Shown here: positions 1-10,632 of the stretch, one piece after another
Layout of the letters: every line of letters starts with the position of its first letter
How positions within the stretch are numbered: position 1 is the first letter of the stretch
Source of the DNA: Candidatus Saccharimonadota bacterium
GTDB lineage: Bacteria > Pseudomonadota > Alphaproteobacteria > CAJXXZ01 > 1604HC
Length of the DNA: 32,000 nucleotides
NCBI RefSeq assembly: GCF_008189285.1
Contig: NZ_CP043315.1
Location: 120,001-152,000, forward strand
Direction: 5' to 3'
Made by a program: the position numbers and the translations under genes
The notes under the pieces: model-generated
What the model saw: the letters and a program-made list of their open reading frames with translations, nothing else
Told to the model about the DNA's origin: nothing
Database searches by the model: none

Positions 1-2
1 AA

Positions 3-338
3 GAATATGAAGCTGCTAAATTCTATGAAGAGCTAGCTTACAAAGCAATAGGAACTACAGATTGCGCATCAAGAAAAACATCATCTTTATTATCTACTTT
101 ATCAAATGAATCAAAAGGCAAAAAAGAATTTTCTAAGAATCATCAAAAAATTTGGAAAAAATGGATAAGAATAAGAGCAATTTTGATGGAATCTTCTAAA
201 GAAATCGACAAAATTATATATCAAGTATTGGTGAAAAACAAACCTGCAAATCACATGCAAATAAATTTATTCAAAAATGGATTGGCAATTATTTATGATT
301 ATTGTTCAAAAAGTAAGAAATATAAGAAAGAAATATAA
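3..338 (+). CDS. 3' end of a hypothetical protein; the 5' end lies outside the window
   Basis: Frame 3 is open from the window edge to TAA at 336-338. Translation reads EYEAAKFYEELAYKAIGTTDC...KSKKYKKEI. It is absent from the ORF track because no long start-bounded ORF exists inside the window. The stretch EAAKFYEELAYKAIG weakly resembles the AP2-type DNA-binding motif EEAAxAYDxAAxxxxG. Confidence 0.4.
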   Translation, partial: EYEAAKFYEELAYKAIGTTDCASRKTSSLLSTLSNESKGKKEFSKNHQKIWKKWIRIRAILMESSKEIDKIIYQVLVKNKPANHMQINLFKNGLAIIYDYCSKSKKYKKEI

Positions 339-514
339 ATTCAGTAGGAAGTGATATAAAAATCAATCTTATTTGCAAAAATCAAAAAAAATCAATAATT
401 TTAATTGGCTAGATAAGCTATAAATATACAGAAAGGTTTTTTAGAAATTAAAACTACAATTTGTGCATATAAGAAATATTTAAATTAACATTGTTTTTTA
501 AATATTTCACAAAA

Positions 515-640
515 CAGTCAAAATAAAACAGTCAAAATAAAACAGTCAAAATAAAACAGTCAAAATAAAACAGTCAAAATAAAACAGTCAAAATAAAACA
601 GTCAAAATAAAACAGTCAAAATAAAACAGTCAAAATGAAA
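515..640. repeat. Tandem repeat, 14-bp unit cagtcaaaataaaa x 9 (8 perfect copies, the last with one substitution)
   Basis: Read directly. Units start at 515, 529, 543, 557, 571, 585, 599, 613 and 627. The last unit is cagtcaaaatgaaa. The array lies between the convergent 3' ends of the partial ORF (stop at 338) and dnaE (stop at 719). Confidence 0.95.
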
Positions 641-718
641 TTTAACAAATAAACAGAATTATTTATTTAATTTAATGGTCAAAAACATGCTTAATTAATA
701 AATCAAAATTGTGTTTAA

Positions 719-3700
719 TTAAATTTTCCAATTAAATTTATCTAACTTCTTAAGTAAATTCTCAGATAAATTAATTTTACCAACTATAATTGGATTTTCA
801 TTTTCAAAGTTAAGCATGATTTGCATTTTTCCATTTTTGTCCATATGAGGCTCAAGAATTTGATGTAAATTTTTGATTTCTTCCTGATCTTGAATTTTAA
901 ACACTATTTGACCATCTGAGTTGATGAAATCATCCAAATGAACAACATTATTTGCAATTATGAATTTTGCTTTATCTTCTCCGTTTATGTGTATCTTTGA
1001 TCCAACGAATTTACTTAATACATCAGGCTTTTCTCTGGATATGAAGCGCCATATTCCAAATGGATCAGATACTATGCATATAGAGTATGTGTCTCCTCTT
1101 GGGCTTTTTTTGCTAATTATTTTTTCTAATTTTCCTACTCCAGAAATAGATTCTTCAGCGCTTGGTCGAATTGAAATCCATTTCATGTGAAATTTATTTA
1201 TTGCAAATTTATCAAGAGGGTGCTCTGTAAGATAAATTCCTAATGCCTCATGTTCATTGCTTAGCTTTGTGTCATTGTTCCAGTCTGTTATTTCAATTTG
1301 CTCAGTGAATAGAGTAGGAATAGAGTTATTTTTATCTTTCTTGCTCCATACTAATGCTCTATTTTTTTCTAAAGAATCAAATGCTCCAGATTTAATAAGA
1401 TTTTCTAATGTTTTTTTATTTACATTGGCTCTATTAAAAAAGTCTTCAATAGTAGCAAATGGTTTTTTAGAAATTATGTCATTTATGCAATGAATTCCAA
1501 CATTTTTAATTGCATTTAATCCAAATCTGATATTTCCATTTTCTATTGAGAACGATTCGCTAGATTTATTGATGTCAGGAGATAGAATGTTAATTTTTAA
1601 TCTACGTCCTTCATAAATAAATTCTGCCAGTTTATCAGTATTGTTTTGTTCTAAAATCATAGATGATACCAGAAGCTCAATTGCATAATGAGCTTTTAAA
1701 TATCCTGCTTGATATCCAATAAGGGCATATGGAGTCGCATGCGCTTTAACAAAAGCATATTTAGCAAAGCTTTCAATTTGTTCAAATAGCTCTATAGCCT
1801 TGTCCTCCTCGGAATTCATTTTTTCGCATATTCTTTTAGTGAAATCAATTTTGAGCTTTTTCATCTCTTCAGGCTTCTTTTTTCCTATTGCTCTTCTTAG
1901 CAAATCAGCTTCCTGCATTGAGTATCCAGCTAAACTTCTGGCAATTTCCAAAACCTGCTCCTGATAAACCAGAATTCCATATGTAGGCTTAAGTATTCTT
2001 TCCATTTCTGGAAACAAATACTGAATTGGAAGCAATCCATGTTTTCTTTTAATAAAAGTAGGAATGTTTTCCATAGGTCCAGGTCTATATAAAGATATAA
2101 CAGCAATTAAGTCTTCAAATGTCTCAGGGCCTAAGCCAACAACAGTTTCTGTCATTCCTTTGCTTTCAAACTGGAAAATTCCAACAGTGTGTCCATCTCT
2201 AAATATATCTAGAGTTTTTTGATCATTAAGTGGTATAGCATTTATATCAAAATTTGGATTTGCTTTTTTTGCTAAGTTAGCAGCATCATTTATAATAGTT
2301 AGCGCAGTTAATCCAAGTAAATCAAACTTTACCAATCCAGCATCCTCAATGTGATTTAATGAGAACTGAGTTACTGTTAAATTGTTTTCTCTGTATAAAG
2401 GAAGAATATCATACAAAGCTTCTTTTCCTATAACAATTCCTGCAGCATGTATCGATGCATGTCTGGGCAATCCTTCTATTTGCAGGCTAAGCTCAAACAT
2501 TTTCTTAACTTTTTCATCTTCCTCCATCTCTTTAGTGAGGTCATCATTTTTTTCCATATATTTTTCTAAACTAAGATTAGCACCTTGAATTACTGGAATT
2601 GATTTGGAATATCTGTCTACCAGCCCATATGGAACTTGAAGAATTCTACCAACATCTCTCAACACACCTTTTGATTGAAGGGATCCGAATGTAATTATAT
2701 GAGCAACTTTATCTATTCCGTATTTTGAAATTATATAATCAACAACTTTGCCTCTTCCTTTAGGGCAAAAATCCACATCAAAGTCAGGCATGCTAATTCT
2801 TCCTGGGTTTAAAAAACGCTCGAATACAAGTCCGAATTGCATTGGATCAATTTCTGTAATTCCCACACAATATGCAGTTAATGACCCAGCTCCAGATCCT
2901 CTACCAGGCCCAACTGGAATATCATTTTGCTTTGACCAGTTTATAAAATCTGCAACAATGAGAAAGTAACCATCGAATCCCATTTTATTAATTACTTCTA
3001 ATTCAAATTCTAGTCTTTGTTCATATTTCCCCATATTATCTGATTTTACTTTTTCTTTTAATCCATCATATGCTTTTTTATTTAAAAGCTCTTTTTCTGT
3101 CATATTTTCTGTTGCAAAATGAGGCAATTCAGGCTTTCTTTTTTTCAGCAAAAAAGAGCATTTTTTAGCAAATTCAAATGTATTTTCAAGAGGAGCTTTC
3201 CAATTTTTATACATCTCAGTCATCTCATCAGAAGTTGGCAATTGAAATTCATAGCTAGTATCTTCATCAAAATATTGCCCATGCTTTATACAATTTAAAG
3301 CTTGATAAGCTTGGTTTTGCTCTTTAGTTATGCATCTAATTTCAGGAATTGCAACTATAGGAGTGCTGTGAATGCTGGACATATAGCAAGCTTCTTGCTC
3401 TTCTGTATTTCTATTTCTTATTCCAACAGCCCAATTATTTGCAAAATATTTATCCATATTATCTGCGCACTGTTTTTCTTGTCCAGTTTCACAAGTATAT
3501 CCAGGAATTGCAATTGCCATGATATCTTTTGCATCTTTAAAATCTGACCAAAAAACAGATGTTACTTTTTCTCCATAGCTTTTACTTATAATCTTGCATA
3601 AATTTCTGTATCCATTTTCATTTTTGCAATACACAAGTATTTTGTATTTTTCTTCAAGATTTAATTCACATCCTGTGATTGGTTTTATTTCCCCATTTAT

Positions 3701-3859
3701 TAGAGTTTCATTATAATCCATGGCTCCAAACAGATTGTGATCATCTACTATTCCAATCGATTCAAATTGTGTTTGTTGATTTAATTCAGACATTCTTATT
3801 GTGCTTTGAAGCAGGGAATATGAAGTTCGAATTCCTAAAGGTATGTAACTAGACATCAT
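719..3859 (-). CDS. dnaE: DNA polymerase III alpha subunit
   Basis: 1046-aa ORF with DnaE hallmarks: an N-terminal PHP-like region, the palm region GPGRGSGAGSLTAYCVGITEIDP, MPDFDVDFC, DLLGL and YRPGPM, plus a C-terminal OB region. Its start overlaps the end of lolD by 11 nt. Confidence 0.95.
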   Translation of the reverse strand: MMSSYIPLGIRTSYSLLQSTIRMSELNQQTQFESIGIVDDHNLFGAMDYNETLINGEIKPITGCELNLEEKYKILVYCKNENGYRNLCKIISKSYGEKVTSVFWSDFKDAKDIMAIAIPGYTCETGQEKQCADNMDKYFANNWAVGIRNRNTEEQEACYMSSIHSTPIVAIPEIRCITKEQNQAYQALNCIKHGQYFDEDTSYEFQLPTSDEMTEMYKNWKAPLENTFEFAKKCSFLLKKRKPELPHFATENMTEKELLNKKAYDGLKEKVKSDNMGKYEQRLEFELEVINKMGFDGYFLIVADFINWSKQNDIPVGPGRGSGAGSLTAYCVGITEIDPMQFGLVFERFLNPGRISMPDFDVDFCPKGRGKVVDYIISKYGIDKVAHIITFGSLQSKGVLRDVGRILQVPYGLVDRYSKSIPVIQGANLSLEKYMEKNDDLTKEMEEDEKVKKMFELSLQIEGLPRHASIHAAGIVIGKEALYDILPLYRENNLTVTQFSLNHIEDAGLVKFDLLGLTALTIINDAANLAKKANPNFDINAIPLNDQKTLDIFRDGHTVGIFQFESKGMTETVVGLGPETFEDLIAVISLYRPGPMENIPTFIKRKHGLLPIQYLFPEMERILKPTYGILVYQEQVLEIARSLAGYSMQEADLLRRAIGKKKPEEMKKLKIDFTKRICEKMNSEEDKAIELFEQIESFAKYAFVKAHATPYALIGYQAGYLKAHYAIELLVSSMILEQNNTDKLAEFIYEGRRLKINILSPDINKSSESFSIENGNIRFGLNAIKNVGIHCINDIISKKPFATIEDFFNRANVNKKTLENLIKSGAFDSLEKNRALVWSKKDKNNSIPTLFTEQIEITDWNNDTKLSNEHEALGIYLTEHPLDKFAINKFHMKWISIRPSAEESISGVGKLEKIISKKSPRGDTYSICIVSDPFGIWRFISREKPDVLSKFVGSKIHINGEDKAKFIIANNVVHLDDFINSDGQIVFKIQDQEEIKNLHQILEPHMDKNGKMQIMLNFENENPIIVGKINLSENLLKKLDKFNWKI

Positions 3860-4517
3860 TTCTCCTTACAATATGAAGCTTACCTTTTTCAAAATAATAT
3901 TCACTATCAAACATGTTATTCCATTTTTTATTATGTGTAACGCAGATCATGGAAATATTATTCTTTCTAGCAATTTGAATGCATATATGCATTATTTTAT
4001 CTCCAGTTTCTTCATCAAGATTTCCAGTAGGTTCATCAGCAAGTATAAGTTTTGGGTTATGAGCAAATGCTCTGGCCAATCCAACTCTTTGTTGTTCCCC
4101 TCCTGATATTTTTGTTATAGAAGAATTAATGTAATTTTCCAATCCAACTTTGCATAGCCATTCCTCTGCTATTTTATGTGCATTTGATCTTGAAATACCT
4201 TGCAGCACTAATGGCATAGCTACATTTTCTTTTGCAGATAAATCTTTCCATAACATATGAGATTGAAATATATGCCCTATACTTCTCCTTAATTCATGTT
4301 TTTTCTTGTATTTGCTTACATCTTTATCCATAAATGTAATTTTTCCACTTTGAGGAAAAGATAATAATCCAGCCATATGCAAGAATGTAGATTTTCCAGA
4401 CCCAGATTTCCCTTCTATGACTGCTAATTCTCCTTCTTTTAATTCAAAATTCAAATTATCTATAATATTTCCATTTTTTTCATAAAAAAATGAAACGTTT
4501 TCAAAACACAGAAGCAT
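3849..4517 (-). CDS. lolD: Lipoprotein-releasing system ATP-binding protein (LolD-like ABC ATPase)
   Basis: 222 aa. Walker A GKSGSGKST, ABC signature ISGGEQQRVGLARA, Walker B LILADEPTGNLD. It is coupled to the upstream FtsX/MacB-type permease by a TAATG overlap. Confidence 0.8.
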   Translation of the reverse strand: MLLCFENVSFFYEKNGNIIDNLNFELKEGELAVIEGKSGSGKSTFLHMAGLLSFPQSGKITFMDKDVSKYKKKHELRRSIGHIFQSHMLWKDLSAKENVAMPLVLQGISRSNAHKIAEEWLCKVGLENYINSSITKISGGEQQRVGLARAFAHNPKLILADEPTGNLDEETGDKIMHICIQIARKNNISMICVTHNKKWNNMFDSEYYFEKGKLHIVRRNDV

Positions 4518-5704
4518 TAGCTGATTCCTTTTATTATATCAACTTTATTAGATTGTCTTGCGATATTCATCAATATAAGCATCATAATTACGAACGATAT
4601 TGTAGAAATTATTACTAGGTCTGATATTAAAACTTTTGGAATAAATTCAGAAAATCCAAATGATTCTTCGTGTATCATTGTTTGTCCATATGATTTATGT
4701 ATTATATTGTACAATTTGGGAAACAGGGAAACTAGAGTTAATCCAAAGATAAGTCCAAATAATATACTTCCCAAGCTAATGAATAAACCTAAATATGCAA
4801 ATAATGAAAAGATTTGAAAATTACTAGCTCCAAATGCTTTTAGTAGACTGATATCTTGTATTCTTTCAGATATTAAAATCCATAAACTATTTGTGCTTTG
4901 CATCATACAGCATAATATAAACATTCCTATGAATACTGCCAATATTATATTTTGCATGCTAAACATTTGCTTTAAAGAAGGGTTTGTGTCTTTCCATGTC
5001 CAAATTGAATATGACTTTCCTGATAAATCATATAAATCTTTTTGTATGTCATCAATTTTTTCAGGGTTGTTGGTATAAAACATATATTGCTTCTGTTCAA
5101 ATCCTAAAGAATATTTATCTAACGTATTTCCAATTACAAAAACTACATTTTTGTCAAAAGAATGAAATCCCAATCTAAATACTGAGCCAACTTTTACATC
5201 TAAATCTTTAATTGAGATTCGATTTGATAATACTCCATGAGGTATTAGTAATTTTGCATTTGAATTTGCGGATAATTGAAAATTCTCTGCTAATTTATCG
5301 CCAATCACTATAATTGGAGCAGATGATTTTGCATCAGATTTTTTTACCCATTTATCTTGTATGATATAATCGCAATCTTCTTTGCTAATTCCTATAATCT
5401 TAACGCCTTGAGTTTCATTGTTGGAAGATAATATTCCTTGCTTCTCATTTACATGTATATGTCTTTTATACCAATCTTTATTCTTAATTAGATGTATTTT
5501 ACTATCTAAATTATTGGAATAAACATCCATATGTCCATATATATGAAGTATTCGTTCTAAAATTGAATTTTGAAACCCATTCATTATAGATATTGAAGTT
5601 ATCAATGTTCCTATGCCAATGCCAATACTTGCAATTGTGGTCCAAATCACTTTTTTTTGAGTTCTCAATGATAAGAAAAAATATTTTAGAGCTAAAATTA
5701 TCAT
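4517..5704 (-). CDS. lolC: LolC/LolE-family lipoprotein-release permease (FtsX/MacB-type)
   Basis: 395 aa with an N-terminal TM helix, a large soluble loop and three C-terminal TM helices. This size and topology are typical of LolC/E. It overlaps lolD by 1 nt. Confidence 0.7.
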   Translation of the reverse strand: MIILALKYFFLSLRTQKKVIWTTIASIGIGIGTLITSISIMNGFQNSILERILHIYGHMDVYSNNLDSKIHLIKNKDWYKRHIHVNEKQGILSSNNETQGVKIIGISKEDCDYIIQDKWVKKSDAKSSAPIIVIGDKLAENFQLSANSNAKLLIPHGVLSNRISIKDLDVKVGSVFRLGFHSFDKNVVFVIGNTLDKYSLGFEQKQYMFYTNNPEKIDDIQKDLYDLSGKSYSIWTWKDTNPSLKQMFSMQNIILAVFIGMFILCCMMQSTNSLWILISERIQDISLLKAFGASNFQIFSLFAYLGLFISLGSILFGLIFGLTLVSLFPKLYNIIHKSYGQTMIHEESFGFSEFIPKVLISDLVIISTISFVIMMLILMNIARQSNKVDIIKGIS

Positions 5705-6075
5705 TACATTTAGAATACAACTTTTGCGTTATCGTGCAAAGATCTTAACTGAGATTATTTTGTTTATATATTTGCTTTATATTTTATTAAGCTAAATTTG
5801 TATAATTTACATAATGCTTTTCTGGTGAAGTAATTTTCCTTAAAAATATGTAAAAATAATTGCGTGCAAAAATTCCTTCTAGATTTGAATAAAAAGCAAT
5901 TAATTAAAATCATATTCTCAAAATTATGAAGTAAAATATAAATATTTATAGAAAATCATTCATAGAAATTTTATAAAAACATTTGAGCTTTATAGAATTT
6001 TGCAGAAATGACGCAACAAGCTATTAAAAGCAAATTTTAAATTTGATGATTTAGCTTTGTTTTAATTGTATAAAA

Positions 6076-8166
6076 TCATGTTAATGATTCTGGAAGCTTA
6101 GTAATAGTGGAGGGCGTGTTGTTTAGATGACCTAATGTGATTTCAGTTGGCATTTGTATTCCATTTTCATCAAATAATTCTTTTATTATTTTATTAAATG
6201 CTCTTTGCGCTTTAAATTGATACCCTGGCATCACTTTTAATTTAGCTTGTATGGAATAATATATACCATTTAATTCAGATACCCCTCTCATTTCAAGCGG
6301 AACAAATACTTTATGTCTAAACATTTCCAGATTTCTCAAAAGATTAAATCCTTCATGCATTGTTTCCATTGCTTTTTCTGGATCAGTATCGTATTTCACA
6401 GCTACATTCATGATAACAGCCATAAAATTTCTACTCTTATTAAATACTTCATTTACTCTATGGTATGGTATTGTAATAAGAGTTCCATCGTCTCTTCTTA
6501 CTTCCATGTATCTAAGATTCATATCTTCTACTTTTGCATTTTTGCCATCTATAATTATAAGATCTCCGACCATTATAGTGTTGTCCATAATTATAAATAA
6601 TCCATTAAGTAAATCTGTTATCATATCTCTAATGCTAAAAGATAGACCAGCAGAAAACACACCAAGAGCAGGAATAATCTGAGAGGTATTGTATCCAAAA
6701 ATAGAAAGAGATCCAAGAAAAGTTATAAACCATATTAATGATTTAAATGAAGATGTTAATATATTGAATAATATTTCGAATTTTCTTTCGTTGTCCTGAT
6801 TTTTCTTGATTTTTGACACCAGCCAATTAACCAAAACATGCTTAGTGAAAGATATTGCAGTAAATGTAGCAATAGATAAATAAAATAACCCTAACATCTT
6901 ATCAAGTGCAAATTGATTTACAATTACAATTGCATTTTTATACAAAGATATTCCCCATATTTGCAATGTTATTAATATCGTAATAGGAGCAATGGATTTT
7001 TTTATAATAGAAAGAATATTAAGATACATTTTATTTAGCTTGGATCTATGCATATAGTTTAGGCTTCTTATGTAATTAATTATATATTTTCTAGAAAGAG
7101 TAGATGAGATTAAAATTGAAGGCCACAAAATCATCGAAACAAATGCTCTAGTTAATTTATAGGATATATTTAAATCAATCCAAAATATAATCATAATATA
7201 TATAACTACAAGAGACATAGATTGCAAGCTAGTAAAATTTTTCACCCATATATTTCTATTTTCAAATTTGTGTTTTAATTTTTGCCTTAACGTGATTAAA
7301 GCATGAACAAGAATAAGAGTATAAAAGAAGTTAGCTATCAGACTAATATCTTTAACCACTTCAGAATTTAATTGGTTGATTTCATAAATAGCAATAAAAT
7401 GCTTCATAATGTCAAAAGTAGACCATGCTATGCAAATAGAAATCATATTATGCATAATGGGTTTGTGCATATTTAATATAATTTTATTCTTGCTATAACT
7501 TAAAATTATTCTTGTTGTATATATTATGAGAGCGCTAAATATCACGCGTGTAAGTGTGACAAATAAGAATTTCATCTCATTATGAGAAAATGCATTATTA
7601 TTGCTTATGATCAATTCTAACTCTGGCAACAAATTGATTAACAATAAAAAGGATGTTAAAAATACTGATGCAGAAAAATCTAACGCTACAGCATGCCATT
7701 TATTTTTATATAAACTGCAATAATACTGCATAATTTTCTTGAACAATGCAAATATTATATATGATGATGCTAAGCTAAATAATGCTAACTTGAGAAGGTC
7801 TTTAAATGCATTTTTAATCAATATATTTGTATCTTTATTAGTAAATACAAATTTAATGGATTTCATTAATGTTTTGTAAACTATTTGTATTGTTCTAATT
7901 ATGTTTAATATTAGAGTTTTATGCTTCTTCTCTTCTTCTTGTTTGACTTGCTTTATCTCTGCTTTCCCATTTAGAGACTCACTAATCTTACCTATTTCTT
8001 TTTGTAATTCATCTATTTTTTTACCAAGTGCATTTATTTTATCTTCTTCTTGAACAGCAACTTCTTGTGTTTTTTGATCCATAGAATTATTAGCATCTTC
8101 AACATTGTCTGCAAATAAAAATAAAGTCGAGAATAGCACAATTTTTTTAATAATTTTTAATATCAA
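6076..8166 (-). CDS. Mechanosensitive ion channel family protein (large MscS/MscK-like)
   Basis: 696 aa with a signal-like N-terminus, a coiled-coil segment and many TM helices. The C-terminal MscS core reads LNGLFIIMDNTIMVGDLIIIDGKNAKVEDMNLRYMEVRRDDGTLITIPYHRVNEVFNKSRN. The ORF-track start is TTG at 8164-8166, 2 nt after the upstream stop. Confidence 0.85.
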   Translation of the reverse strand: MILKIIKKIVLFSTLFLFADNVEDANNSMDQKTQEVAVQEEDKINALGKKIDELQKEIGKISESLNGKAEIKQVKQEEEKKHKTLILNIIRTIQIVYKTLMKSIKFVFTNKDTNILIKNAFKDLLKLALFSLASSYIIFALFKKIMQYYCSLYKNKWHAVALDFSASVFLTSFLLLINLLPELELIISNNNAFSHNEMKFLFVTLTRVIFSALIIYTTRIILSYSKNKIILNMHKPIMHNMISICIAWSTFDIMKHFIAIYEINQLNSEVVKDISLIANFFYTLILVHALITLRQKLKHKFENRNIWVKNFTSLQSMSLVVIYIMIIFWIDLNISYKLTRAFVSMILWPSILISSTLSRKYIINYIRSLNYMHRSKLNKMYLNILSIIKKSIAPITILITLQIWGISLYKNAIVIVNQFALDKMLGLFYLSIATFTAISFTKHVLVNWLVSKIKKNQDNERKFEILFNILTSSFKSLIWFITFLGSLSIFGYNTSQIIPALGVFSAGLSFSIRDMITDLLNGLFIIMDNTIMVGDLIIIDGKNAKVEDMNLRYMEVRRDDGTLITIPYHRVNEVFNKSRNFMAVIMNVAVKYDTDPEKAMETMHEGFNLLRNLEMFRHKVFVPLEMRGVSELNGIYYSIQAKLKVMPGYQFKAQRAFNKIIKELFDENGIQMPTEITLGHLNNTPSTITKLPESLT

Positions 8167-8168
8167 AA

Positions 8169-9332
8169 TTATTTCCTCTGCAGTTCGTTAATAAAACTGT
8201 ATATATCATTTTCATAATGCTTAAATAATGCGTTTGTGAATGAATTTACAGCAAGATACTGAAAGTAATTCCTCAAAAATGACTTGCTGTCTAAAATTTG
8301 CTGATCTGTTGGTTCAAAGTTTTTTATTTCATTTGTTTTAATTAGCACAACGCCATTTTCTTTTTCATAACAATTTACATTGCCTTTTTTTGTTAAAAAC
8401 AAAGTCATATTATCTTGATCATTTTGCTTTATATTTTGTTCTTCCAGCTGAGTCCAATTTGCTTTTATTTGATTTGCATGATTAACAATATATTTTTTCA
8501 ATAAATCAATTCTCACTTCTTTCTTTGCATCTTCGTATTTAGTCAAATAATGAGAAGGCTTTCTGTCGTTTATTTTCAAATATATTGTATTTCCATCACT
8601 AGTGCTGTAAAATTTTTGATCTTCTGTTTGTTCTTGTTCAAGAAATGGATATTGTTTGTTAGTTGAAGACTTATTTATCCAAGATATTTTAGCAATTTTA
8701 GCATTATATTCTTTCTTAATATCTGCAATGTCATTCCCATTTTCAATAAGTGATTCGAATTTTTCTCTTGGTAATTTTTGGCTATCAATTATTAAAGCCA
8801 CTCCATTTACAACTCTGTCAGATTTGAATTTCAATTTATTTGCATTATAATATTCTTGCATTTCTTTTTCTTCAAATTTTATATCAAGATCTGAACATTT
8901 TATAAATGCTTTTTCTCCATTTCTGATTTGCAACAATCCCTTTGCATGATTATATGCATTTTCATCGCTGATTTTTACAATAGATTTTACAGAATCAATA
9001 ATTTGCTTTTTTATTATATTATTTTCAGCAATCAGCAGCTTACTTGAAGGAGAAAGTTTGCTATATTCAGGCTTTTTAGCTTCATTTATTATGCGCTGCC
9101 TGGAAATTCTAATGTCACTTTCTCTGTATTTGTCTTTAAGTATGCAGTCATATAGAAGAGTTTGAAGTGCATCAGATCCTTCATATTTTGCACTATATGC
9201 TATTCTTGCTTCTGTTGTAATAGGAGAAGATCCTATGCTTTGTCCTCCCTTTCGGAAAATATCCAAAAGTGGTGGAGCAGCCATGACTACTAAGCTCAGA
9301 ATTATTAATTTACTCTTATATGATGATTGCAT
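8169..9332 (-). CDS. Membrane-anchored or secreted protein, possibly a PpiD/SurA-N-like periplasmic chaperone without a parvulin domain
   Basis: 387 aa with an N-terminal hydrophobic anchor (LIILSLVVMAAPP). Segments such as EKEMQEYYNANKLKFKSDRVV resemble the PpiD/SurA N-terminal pattern. The start overlaps the upstream ORF by 17 nt, indicating an operon. The functional call is weak. Confidence 0.4.
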   Translation of the reverse strand: MQSSYKSKLIILSLVVMAAPPLLDIFRKGGQSIGSSPITTEARIAYSAKYEGSDALQTLLYDCILKDKYRESDIRISRQRIINEAKKPEYSKLSPSSKLLIAENNIIKKQIIDSVKSIVKISDENAYNHAKGLLQIRNGEKAFIKCSDLDIKFEEKEMQEYYNANKLKFKSDRVVNGVALIIDSQKLPREKFESLIENGNDIADIKKEYNAKIAKISWINKSSTNKQYPFLEQEQTEDQKFYSTSDGNTIYLKINDRKPSHYLTKYEDAKKEVRIDLLKKYIVNHANQIKANWTQLEEQNIKQNDQDNMTLFLTKKGNVNCYEKENGVVLIKTNEIKNFEPTDQQILDSKSFLRNYFQYLAVNSFTNALFKHYENDIYSFINELQRK

Positions 9333-10632
9333 TCTTATAACCTCTTATATAATCTAACTTTTTAGGCCATATATTCCAAGATCTCTGTAACATATTTAGA
9401 GAATCGTATATTTCTTTTTTGTTTAGAAATGAGCCATGTATGTTCATGCATTGATCTTGATCTATATTGTCAATGATTTTATTAATAGCTGAATCAACAC
9501 TAATCCATGATCCATTATTGCTTATATTTATATTTTTCATTAGATCTTTTTTGAATCTTCCTCCATATATATCGCAATCCACATCCATTGCAATGTAAGG
9601 AATTCGAAGAAATTTGCCTTTATAGTTTTGCGAAATATTCTCAGCTGCAACTCCTATTTGCCTCACAGTCTCAGCTATATTTGGATAAATTTGCGTTGTG
9701 ATTAATAAAAATTTTGCTTTATATTCTTTGCATAATTTAGATAAATATTCTGTTTGGTGAAGAAAATCTACATTTTTATTTCTAGTTTTCAATGATGTTA
9801 TTCCATCAAAATTTATAACATGATATTGATCTTTTTTAATTAACTCTTCTATATCATAAATTATTTTCTTATTGAATATTTTCTTGTAACTAATCTTTTT
9901 TAATGTAGGCGTGTTTTTATTCAATAAAATATGAACTTCATTATTCTCTGATAATCTATCAAACAATTTTTTTAAAAAAGTATCATTTGATCCGTATATT
10001 ATAAATTTCTGATTTTCTATGTTATGAATAGAATTTAAATCTGTCAAACAATTTTCTATTGAAGGCATTAACACTTCATCATTTCTTAACACATTAACAC
10101 AGATATTGTTTTTTAAGCTAAATTCTAAGATTTCTCTAAATTCTGACCCTGATTTAGATGACCACAATATAGCGCTTGGATTTGATTGTTTGATAGATTT
10201 TTTAGCAGCTTTCAATTCTTCTTTTTCTAATTTCAATTCTCCAATTATTCTATATCCAATGATTTCAGGCCAATTCTTTAAAAAATTATCACTGATGCAT
10301 AAAATATCTGGCATAAGCTTTTTGTATTTATTATATTGCAAATGAAGAAAAGCAGAATAAATAATAAAGTATGATAGATGGTATGGAATTGCATTATAAT
10401 ATTTTTGAGTCATAAACCAAAAAGGTATAAACAATGCGGAATGCATCAATTTTATAATAAAAGATCTTCTGATTTTGAAAACAGGAATATGGGAAAAACA
10501 AATATAATACCAATAATGGAATGCAATTATATATAAAAAATTTACATGCAACTTATGATAATGAGCTTGAATTGCAATGCTTATAAAACTTATTAAGACA
10601 TGCGGAATTATATTGGAAATAAATCTAAGCAT
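9316..10632 (-). CDS. Polytopic membrane protein with CapD/WbpM-like architecture and a degenerate nucleotide-binding motif
   Basis: 438 aa with about 4 N-terminal TM helices followed by two Rossmann-like segments. At the position where CapD-type dehydratases carry GAGGSIG, the sequence is KFIIYGSNDTF. The coding call is solid; the function is uncertain. Confidence 0.4.
   Translation of the reverse strand: MLRFISNIIPHVLISFISIAIQAHYHKLHVNFLYIIAFHYWYYICFSHIPVFKIRRSFIIKLMHSALFIPFWFMTQKYYNAIPYHLSYFIIYSAFLHLQYNKYKKLMPDILCISDNFLKNWPEIIGYRIIGELKLEKEELKAAKKSIKQSNPSAILWSSKSGSEFREILEFSLKNNICVNVLRNDEVLMPSIENCLTDLNSIHNIENQKFIIYGSNDTFLKKLFDRLSENNEVHILLNKNTPTLKKISYKKIFNKKIIYDIEELIKKDQYHVINFDGITSLKTRNKNVDFLHQTEYLSKLCKEYKAKFLLITTQIYPNIAETVRQIGVAAENISQNYKGKFLRIPYIAMDVDCDIYGGRFKKDLMKNINISNNGSWISVDSAINKIIDNIDQDQCMNIHGSFLNKKEIYDSLNMLQRSWNIWPKKLDYIRGYKNAIII

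Noticed and set aside
960-3547. Five plus-strand ORFs (960-1190, 1257-1493, 2382-2588, 2748-2969, 3302-3547) inside dnaE
   Set aside because: These are antisense shadow ORFs within a well-supported 1046-aa dnaE. They have low-complexity, hydrophobic translations typical of AT-rich antisense frames.
3780-3859. The DnaE PHP domain lacks the N-terminal metal-binding histidines (PLGIRTSYS instead of HxHxHSxxS), and the protein is short (1046 aa)
   Set aside because: Degenerate PHP domains are common in proteobacterial DnaE enzymes that rely on a separate epsilon proofreader. This is consistent with ordinary reductive evolution rather than a novel feature.
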